A stretch of 64,000 nucleotides of DNA, taken from positions 1,364,001 to 1,428,000 of the forward strand of contig NC_073410.1 in the NCBI RefSeq assembly GCF_028641065.1, written 5' to 3'. The notes beneath the pieces were generated by a model. It saw only the letters and a program-made list of their open reading frames with translations, searched no databases and was not told the origin of the DNA. The stretch comes from Leucoraja erinacea. Lineage: Eukaryota. Shown here piece after piece: positions 12,701 to 20,491 of this stretch. How positions within the stretch are numbered: the first letter of the stretch is position 1; each line of letters begins with the position of its first letter. A program made the translations under genes and the position numbers.

Positions 12701-15700
12701 TGACCACTGATGCCAGTTTGGGGAGTCTGCACCCCGGGGGCATGAACATCGACTTCTCCCAATTCTGTTAGTCCTTGCTGTCTCCTCCCCTTCCTCAGCT
12801 CCCCTGCTGTCTCCTCCCACCCTCCAGCCTTCCGGCTACTCCTCCTTTTCCCTTTCTTGTCCCCACCCCTGATCAGTCTGAAGAAGGGTTTCGGCCCGAA
12901 ACGTTGCCTATTTCCTTCGCTCCATAGATGCTGCTGCACCCGCTGAGTTTCTCCAGCTTTTCTGTGTAACCTTCGATTCTCCAGCATCTGCAGTTCCCTC
13001 TTTAACACTGATGCCAGGATGCTTTCAATTAGATTTGGATAAATGGTCCGATGTTTCCCCATGCCCCTATACATGTTAAAGTATTTTGAACACTACTATT
13101 TGGTGGCGCAGTAGTAAAGCTTCTGCCTCTCAGCGCCGGAGAACCCGGTTCGATCCTGACCTTGGCTGCTGTCTGTGTGGTGTTTGCACGTTCTTCCCGT
13201 GACCGTGCGGGTTTCCTCCCACATCCCAAATAAAGATGTGTGGGTTTGTAGGGTAATTGACCTCCGTAGATTGCCCTTATGGCGTAGGGAGTGGATGAGA
13301 AAGTGGGGTAACATGGAACCGGTGTATGGCAGGTCGACATCGACTAGGCCGAAAAGCCTGTTTCCACACTGCATCTCTAATCCAATCTAAAAACATCGAA
13401 CTGCTCTGACTCCTTTTCGATGATTCAGCTCCAATAACGACCATTCACTGTGTCAAAGGAAACTTTCCCTCGTCTTTTGGTTCTGTTTCCTTTCATCCAC
13501 CCAGTGTAGGTGGGACATGTTGGTCAGCATGGGCAAGTTGGGTCGAAGGGCCTGTTTCCACACCATGATTGTGAACAACCCATCAAATCTCCCCGCATGT
13601 TTGCCCTCAGTCTTGCTCTTTGGATTTACCTTCTCCCATTCTCGATGATAGCCACCTGGGCTTGCGGGCTATAGTTGAAGGGAGAAGTCGGGCAGGCTGG
13701 GACTTTTGCCTTTGGAGCCCAGGGGGCTTAGGGGTGACATTACTGAGATGTAAATGATAACGAGGGGCATAGATAAGGTGAATGCTCATAGTCGTTTTGC
13801 CCAGAAGTGGGGATTCTAAAACTAAAGGGCAGACGATTCAGAGTGGAGAGATTTAACCAGTAGCTCAGAGGCAACATTTTCACTCGGAGGGAAGTCCCTA
13901 ACTGCAATGAAGAAGCGGATACAATTACGTGACGTGTACACGTATAGGGAAAGGAAGGGTTTAGAGGGCAATGGGCCAAATGCAGGCAAATGGGACTAGT
14001 CTAGAAGGCCAATTTGGTTAGCATGCACAGGGTGGGCTGAAGGGCCTGTTTCAATACTGTGCGGCTCTGTGATGGAGCCTTGTATCATGTCCTTGCCTGA
14101 TGCTGTACAGTGGGGACTGCATTCCCTATAATTCCTATCCAACTCCACTGCCTCTCCAGCTCCGATTGTAGGGATCCAATTCCTCTGCAACTTCCTTGTC
14201 AGTTATTTTCTGTAGATAATATGGTCACACGCCGACTCCCACTCAGAGAATGAGTTGGGTCTTGAGCGTGAGCTACAGGATACGTGTTCACATCAACACT
14301 AGTGGCTTTTAATGAGGTAGATATTGACAATTGGCAGCTGAGCCCACAAAGGGTGATATTTGTCCTTGACCACTGCACCTCTTTGGCCAGCGAAGCCACT
14401 GCTGTGTTTCATGACGCTGCTGGCTACTGTGTTGTTCTGGATGTTCATGAAACTGCTGACCAAGGACCCTGGGAATCTGCACAAGTCTGACTTTGAGACC
14501 AAGAGTTTGACCCTCACTCACCTGATACGAACCAAGCAGAGTCCATCTTGTTTCTGCATCTACTGTGAGGTACGGGCCACTGCTGTGCGAGCGGGCAGCT
14601 TGTTCGTGTGCTTGCTCAGCGCTGTTAGAAAAGCACCAGATATGTTTGGAGAGAAGGAATGGGTGACCCTTTGCGACCCTTCTTCAGAACGTCACCCATT
14701 CCTTCTATCCGGAGATGCTACCTGTCCCGCTGAGTTACTCCAGCTTCTTGTGTCTATCTTCGGTTTAAACCAGCATCTGCAGTTCCTTAATAGTCAATAG
14801 TCAATTTTATTCGTAACATGCACTCAAAGGTGCAGTGAAATGAATTTGCCAGCAGCGATACAATAAAAAAGAACACACAATGCACAATAAGATTTAACAC
14901 AAACATCCACCACAACATTCCTCCTGATGGAAGGCACAAAGTTCAGTCAGTCCTCCACCTTGTTCACCCGTGGTTGGGGCCATTAAACCCTCCGCAGTCG
15001 CCGCTACCCAGTTTAGCTTCCTAAACAGTTTAGTTTAAGAAGGAACTACAGATGCTAGTTTGATTTCTCCAGAAGTGTGTAATTTGGGGATACAAAAGTT
15101 GATCCATCTCATACAGAGGGTGGTGGGTCTCTGGGACATTGCAGAATGCATTGACCTTGTCTATGTTAACCCTGAACCTGCCCCATTATATAATACTAAC
15201 ATTTGTCCATTTTAGCATCTTCAACTTATTAGAGTTAAGCCATTTATTTTGTGCAGATCCGTTAATAACATCTGAAAGAAATTCGGACAGGTGCATGGAT
15301 AGGAAAGGTTTAGAGGGATATGGGCCAAACGCGTGCAGGTGGGACTACTGTAGATGGGGCATGTTGGTCAGCATGGGCAAGTTTGGCCGAAGAGCCTGTT
15401 TACATGCTGTATGACTCTGGTCAGCATGGACAGGTTGGATCGAAGGGCCTGTTTCCGTGCTGCATGTCTATATACCGTCTCGGGCTGCAAACAACTCTAA
15501 ACATGGGGAAAAAAACAGAAAATGCATCTGCAGAGAGAAAAACACATAGTGCCGGAGGAACTCACAGGGTCAGCAGCATCCGTGGAGGGAATAGACAGGT
15601 GATGTTTCAGGTTTGGTACCCTACCATGCCCTCCACAGATGCTGCCTGACCCGTTGAGTTTCACCAGCACTTTATGCTTTGCTCAATATTCCAGCATCTG

Positions 15701-16601
15701 CGGTGCGTTGTGTGTCGAGCTAATAAAGAACACACCAAGTAACGGTCCAACAGGTTTATTAGCACAAACTTACACTGCAACTGGTCACCACCCTGGCTAC
15801 ATCCCGACTAACGGCTAGTGGCTGAAAACGTTAGTGACATATGATGACTCTAAGGTAAGACCCGGACTGGATTATGGATTTGAGTGATGTATAACGTATG
15901 TGTGTTAGTATTGGGTAGAGCAGGTCTACATTGTGTCATCATGTTCTCATTTCTTCAAGTTAATAGTTGCAAGAACGTTGGGCATTGCAAACAGTGTTTG
16001 ACTGGGCAAGATGATGGGAGGTTATGCAGGTACATGTCTAGTGGCTAACAATATTATGGAATATGCAGTGTATGATTTGGAGAATGGTGTGTTTGGAATC
16101 TATCTTATTTAACTTTATCCCAATTTATTTATTTAGATTGTTCAGCCAAAAGGAACGAAGCACTGCAGACTCTGCAACAGTTGCATGGAAAACTTTGATC
16201 ACCACTGCCTCTTCCTCATGAAGTGTGTGGCAAAGAATAACCAGAGACTCTTCATTCTGTTCCTGCTGGAGATCATTGTCTGCCACTTGACCTTCATATT
16301 GTCAGCTCTGTACGTCGTCCACCTTCAGTATGACCTGAACCTTGAGGTGTTCCTCAAGGTTGTTGGTTGCCAGCCTTGGGTGATGGGCTTGGCCCTGATG
16401 AACATGGCCACTGTGCTGTGGGAGGCTGTAGTGCTGAAGGCCCAGATGATGGCCATCTCCACCAACACCGCTACCTCCCGCAAGGACAGAGCATGCGTAG
16501 CGGACTTCACCTGGAGCCACTTTGTGAAAAGCGTGGTGGTGTTTCTCATCTTTGGCCAGAGGATCCAAAACAGCCACGGAAATCTCTCAAACCACCTTTA
16601 A
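3614..16601 (+). CDS. Ankyrin-repeat DHHC protein S-acyltransferase (ZDHHC13/17/Akr1-like architecture), 10 coding exons, 556 aa
   Basis: Exons 3614-3749, 5152-5287, 6881-6991, 7118-7250, 8594-8772, 10018-10091, 11248-11410, 12416-12498, 14379-14569, 16137-16601 sum to 1671 nt with all phases compatible. About 7 ankyrin repeats (GFTPLHHAA, GETPFHFAC, GKTALHQAV, LQTPLHIAT, GMTPLHVAA, GLTPLDLA), about 6 hydrophobic TM segments, a DPG motif, and the CRD CIYCE-IVQPKGTKHCRLCNSCMENFDHHCLFLMKCVAKNN. Confidence 0.9.
3768..4338. repeat. C-rich low-complexity tract in Ank-DHHC intron 1
   Basis: About 570 nt of C runs with CT/CA spacers. Confidence 0.9.
5152..5287 (+). CDS. Ank-DHHC exon 2 (ankyrin repeats)
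   Basis: ctcctaag| then GWNGFTPLHHAALCGHMDLAYLLLDLGADTNLPNDAGETPFHFACR, then |gtgagt. Confidence 0.92.
6881..6991 (+). CDS. Ank-DHHC exon 3 (ankyrin)
   Basis: actccag| RGDVYIMDRMVKNGADVMLLDHRGKTALHQAVSGGC |gtacgt. Confidence 0.9.
7118..7250 (+). CDS. Ank-DHHC exon 4 (ankyrin)
   Basis: tctccag| ASIRYLEEMGHFSFLDSDKFLQTPLHIATSIGNEDVVKYLLRGM |gtgagt. Confidence 0.9.
7975..8548 (-). mobile_element. Degenerate CR1 LINE fragment
   Basis: DERLTELGLHSLEFRRTR...LIETY and a CR1 3' UTR. Confidence 0.8.
8594..8772 (+). CDS. Ank-DHHC exon 5 (ankyrin)
   Basis: tttacag| RCSAAEIDTWGMTPLHVAAHTG...NKDGLTPLDLAKRGKTH |gttcac (weak donor, phase fits exon 6). Confidence 0.88.
8800..9392 (-). mobile_element. Non-LTR retrotransposon with restriction-like endonuclease (HERO/R2-group) 3' fragment
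   Basis: Minus strand reads LRPNMVLWS...VEVTLPWEDGVEEAYERKKTKY...PVEVGCRGF (with stops and frameshifts), the REL domain signature. Confidence 0.75.
10018..10091 (+). CDS. Ank-DHHC exon 6 (linker)
   Basis: cttcttacag| HQEVAKTLTEYNKKGQNGKPKEPT |gtaatt; phase 2 in, phase 1 out. Confidence 0.8.
11248..11410 (+). CDS. Ank-DHHC exon 7 (two TM helices)
   Basis: tttttag| LYYGTLFYPAILSSIIFVIASYLGEYGGIFSVVAFAVLIRFTFFQYHRISHYS |gtaagg. Confidence 0.88.
11843..12185 (+). mobile_element. CR1 LINE 3' fragment
   Basis: KSRTRGHSFRIRG...[14 protein letters not shown] plus tail; near-identical to copies at 30690-30940, 40012-40320, 41776-41951, 50345-50514. Confidence 0.9.
12416..12498 (+). CDS. Ank-DHHC exon 8 (TM), ends at a U12 donor
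   Basis: cccacag| WPNPVYLGTFAAGILHSLYCFYSKILP |ATATCCTTT. Confidence 0.88.
12717..13005 (+). mobile_element. Penelope-like element 3' end (GIY-YIG C-terminus and tail with minimal hammerhead)
   Basis: LGSLHPGGMNIDFSQFC*; CTGAAGA-GGG/CCC stem-GAAACGTT; 12-bp TSD CACTGATGCCAG on both sides. Confidence 0.8.
13101..13390 (+). mobile_element. HE1-like SINE inside the U12 intron
   Basis: ggtggcgcagtagtaaag...ggttcgatcc...CR1 tail. Confidence 0.8.
14379..14569 (+). CDS. Ank-DHHC exon 9 (TM, DPG motif, start of CRD)
   Basis: LWPAKPLLCFMTLLATVLFWMFMKLLTKDPGNL...SCFCIYCE |gtacgg. Confidence 0.9.
15713..15930 (-). mobile_element. Solo LTR (218 bp)
   Basis: TGTCGA...TCTACA termini, 5-bp TSD TTGTG on both sides, AATAAA on the minus strand. 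Confidence 0.75.
16137..16601 (+). CDS. Ank-DHHC exon 10 (DHHC catalytic motif, last two TMs, stop)
   Basis: tttatttag| IVQPKGTKHCRLCNSCMENFDHHCLFLMKCVAKNNQRLFILFL...GNLSNHL*. Confidence 0.93.
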   Translation: MVQPKGTKHCRLCNSCMENFDHHCLFLMKCVAKNNQRLFILFLLEIIVCHLTFILSALYVVHLQYDLNLEVFLKVVGCQPWVMGLALMNMATVLWEAVVLKAQMMAISTNTATSRKDRACVADFTWSHFVKSVVVFLIFGQRIQNSHGNLSNHL

Positions 16602-17229
16602 ACAGCAAAGCTAACAAGAGCTAGAACCCCCCGCCAATATTAAGTTGCTGAGAAGGGGGAGAGCTGACAACAGAATGGTTGTCAGTGATAGGATGGAGAC
16701 TACGACTGAAAGTGGAAACACAAGCTGATACAACAGCAAAATAGACATATGTTATGCTTGCCTTCAGCAGTGGGGGCATTGAGTATAAGAGTCAGGAAAT
16801 GATGCAGCTTTATAAGACTTTGGTGAGGCTGCATTTGATGTATTAGAGTCATAGTCATACAGTGTGGAAACTGGGCCAGGAAACAGCGTTTGGATACTGG
16901 GATTGGATGCGTGTATAGGCCAGGTGTTGCTATAATGGGATGGTGCTGTGGGAAGGGGTGGGGAGGTGATGTTGGTGAGGATGCAAGAGTGACCCTGAGC
17001 TTCAGGGAGGGACCAGTCCCTTTAGAGTTCTGAGAGGGGGGGGGGTTACGTGTTTTAAGTGAGTCTCTTCAGGCTGGCGAGGTGTAACTAGAGCAGTTTC
17101 CTCAAGGTAGACATAAGGTAGGAACTCAGCGGGTGCAGCAGCATCTGTGGAGCGAAGGAAATAGGCAATGTTTCGGGCCGAAACCCTTCTTCAGACTCCT
17201 CAAGTTTCCTCAAGGTTAATTCTTCCCCA

Positions 17230-17525
17230 CAATTATATGGTGGCATCGATCCGTCTGCGGGAGACGATGGTGCAGCTTTGACCTGGTCCTGTTTGTAGAG
17301 GGGAATGTTTCATCTGTGGTTGCATCTCCTGACGTGGCTGACTAGACCCGTCCCTGGCTGGCAGGCAGACCATTCCACAGTGTCCACAGGTGAAGTTGTC
17401 TCTGGCCGTTGGATCGGGGAGTGTTTTGCTGTTGCCATTGATCATTTAGTGGTGTTGGCTGCCCGGGTCTTGGACCACATGCTATTGTGGTGCTTCATAC
17501 CCACCTGGAGGTCCTTTCTCCACCT
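17230..17525 (-). mobile_element. RTE-clade LINE 3' end
   Basis: C-terminal Zn-knuckle remnant FTCGHCG...GLVSHVRRC and tail ccatcgtctcccgcagacggatcgatgcc. Confidence 0.6.
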
Positions 17526-18879
17526 CCTCACCTGCAACTTCCCAATGGTCAGAGCCAATGTTAACATTTGTCCTATCTCTTGTAATTGTATGCTTGTAGC
17601 ATTTACTGTATTGGGGAGGTGGAAGGTGCGGAATGCAAGTGTCTAAGTATGTTTTGATGACTAGTAGGTGGGAGGGCGCACTATGGTAATGATATTAGGA
17701 CTCTGCATGGGTTGAGTGAGGGGGACAAATGCAGTTTATTGTAGGTTAGGGTGAGATGTACCTAACTAGGAGGTTCCAAGACTAATATCTAACCTGCGAG
17801 ATTGCAAATGTGAGAAGTACAGAGATTGTTGAGCGGGCAACAAAATTCAAAATTCAGGGGTACCAAGTAGGAAAACAAATGGCAATAATAACCTTTGAAA
17901 ATGGGAACCATTGTTGCAATTGTACATGGTCGATGAGGCCCCATTGGATGGTTTACGTCCCTTATTTAAGGAAGGCCATGCAGGGAAAAAGACACAAAGT
18001 GTCGGAGTCTCTCAGTGGGACAGAACCTCCACATTTGTCAGATTTGAGAACCTGTCCCGACAACAGAGAAATATCAGACCTCATGTAGCGAAACATATCT
18101 GAGGCTATCATAGTAATTCAATATAAACCATCCATGATACTCTGCTTCACTGCCTCCATTGTTTTCATTGTGAGTTGTTTTTCTGTGTCACTCCTTGATA
18201 GCTATGTTGCTATATGGGACATAGGACAATAAAACACTCCTGACTGTCTCTAAAACTTGCAGCTTGCAGCTTTGTATTTGGAGGGAGTATTGCATCCTAC
18301 AGGCAAGGCACTGCTTCCCTCTGATGGCCTCTTGCAAACACAAAGATAGACACAGTGCTGGAGTTATTCAGCGGGGTTAGGCCACATCTCTGGAGAACAC
18401 GGATCAGTGACATTTCAAGTGACTGCATAAGAAAACGTGGGGTTGAGAGCCTACTAACAAAAACAGTCCATGCTTTGCCCAGAGACTGTGGATGAACCAA
18501 GTTCAGAGTCTGCTGAAGGTGAGATATGTGGTATTTAGGGCTGTACAAGTCCCGGTGTGACCTCCTTAAGGCCACCTCAATGCAGAGACAATTCAGCAAT
18601 AAGCCAGAATCAGGCTGGTCGGAGAATTAGGATGGGGGGAGGAGGGGTGGGTGGTGTAGAGACAGAGAGCGAGGGGGGTGGAAAGCAAGGGTTACTTGAA
18701 GTTGAGAAGTTACTCCTAATCAAAGATCCTATAGGGAGGTTGCACGGCAGTCGAGGCCACTCTTACTGTTGGCACGCAACGCCAACTGGAGTACACGCGG
18801 TGAACTGCAAGCAAGTACTTACCATGGCTTCCAGTGTAACGGGCCTGTCTTCTGTCCCAGCATCCGCACTCCACGCTGA

Positions 18880-20480
18880 CTGGTTCCGCAATCGCGGACC
18901 CCGGGCCATCTATCCCAGGGAGGGTGGGGGATGATTGGGGCATGGTGGGGGAGGGGAAGGTGGTTGGGTGGGTAAGGTGATGTGGGTGTGGGACTGGACG
19001 GGACAGGACGTGGTCGGGTGGGTGGTTGGGGTGCCGGTGCAGCGCAGTCAGTGACTCTGGGTGGGCGGAGGGACCAGACCGTCCCCAACTGTGCTGCAGC
19101 TGACGGGGACATTGCCGGGTTTATGTCCTCGTGTGTGTGGGTGACCGCTGCCCGGAGCTGCGGCCCCGTGTGTGTGTGGGCACTGCTGACCCACAGCCCA
19201 TGACAGTGCGGCCACACAGGGGGAGACGGGGTGGAGGCTGGCCGTGGCTGGACAGCGCTGACCCCAGGGGGGGAAGAGTGGGGGCTGCCCTGAGGGATGC
19301 GCACCTTTGGCCACCTACACCTTGCTGCTCGGGTTCATAGGGCTGTCACCCGCCACAATTATTCCCCGCCGCACAGGTAAGAAAGTACGCGCTCCGTGTG
19401 TTAACAGTGTATGCTGGAGGCTGCCCTGTCCTCCAGAAGGATGGAGCTGCTCCCTGCAAGCATCTTAATGGTGAGTTGGGCTGTACCGCGACCTCCTGCC
19501 GTCAAGTGGGACAGGGTTGGCGGCCGCTGCCCTTCTCCCGTAAAGTGTGGCGCTGTAAAGTGTGGCCATGGCGGCGGCGGTGTCGCTGCTCCTCCTGTGG
19601 CCGCTGTTGCTGCTCCTGGCGGCGGCGGGGGCGGCGGGAGAGGCCGAGGCTGCGGCCCGGGGACAGGCCCGGGGACAGGCCGGCGTGTTCCAGCCCGCGT
19701 CCGCGCTCACACAGTTCCAGTTCGGGGCGGCGGCGGCAGCGGCGGCGGCAGCGGCGGCGTCCGGGGCCCAGCGTGAGGACGGGCGGGGAACGGTGGCCGG
19801 AACCGGGGGAGAGGTCCAGCGAGAGGCCGAGGCCCAGCGAGAGGCCGAGGCCCAGCGTGAAGGAGCGGGGCCTGGGCCTCGGGTAGAGCCCCAGCCCCAG
19901 CGTGAGGGCCCAAGCCCCGGGGTAGAGGCCGAGGGAGGGAGGCCTGGGCCTGGGGTAGAGGCTGAGCCCCAGGGTGAGGGCCCCAGCCCCGGGGTGGACG
20001 TGCTGGAGCCCCCGCTGCTGCTGTGGTGGAGCGGGCAGCTGTTCCCGCACCTTCCCCGCCGCACACAGCGCATCGATTGCCGGGCCGGGCCGTGTGTGTC
20101 GAGCCGCCGCCGCCGCCACCAGGGCCGCGCCGCCGCCATCATCGTGTACGGCACCGAGCTCCGCGCCTACGAGGCTCCGCTGCCTCGGGCCGCCCGCCAG
20201 GCCTGGGCCCTCTTCCACGAGGAGTCGCCCATGAACAACTACCTGCTGGCCCACGCCGCCGCCATCCGCCTCTTCAACTACACGGCCACCTTCCGCAGGC
20301 ATTCCGACTACCCGCTGTCCCTGCAGTGGCTGCCCGGCCTACCCTACCTCTGCCACCCGCCAACACTCTCCCTCGGGCACAAGCAACAGGCCCGCAGCCG
20401 CGGCCTTGCCCCCGTCCTCTACATGCAGTCACACTGCCAGGTGGCCGCCGACCGCGACCGCTATGTCCAGCAGCTCATGC
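18880..20480. promoter_or_regulatory. CpG island, FUT11 promoter and exon 1
   Basis: Visibly high GC and CpG density against an AT-rich background, overlapping the start codon. Confidence 0.7.
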
Positions 20481-20491
20481 AACACCTACAG
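19568..20491 (+). CDS. FUT11: FUT11 exon 1
   Basis: 308 codons in a CpG island; first donor CAG|GTAGGC, phase 0. Confidence 0.9.

Larger units (their letters stand above)
12499..14378 (+). other. U12-type (minor spliceosome) AT-AC intron, 1880 nt
   Basis: 5' site ATATCCTTT at 12499, branch site TCCTTGAC at 14363-14370, terminal AC at 14377-14378. Splicing gives G|CT = Ala and preserves the frame. Confidence 0.9.

Noticed and set aside
19465-20302. Long minus-strand and alternate-frame ORFs
   Set aside because: Shadow ORFs of the GC-rich FUT11 exon 1.
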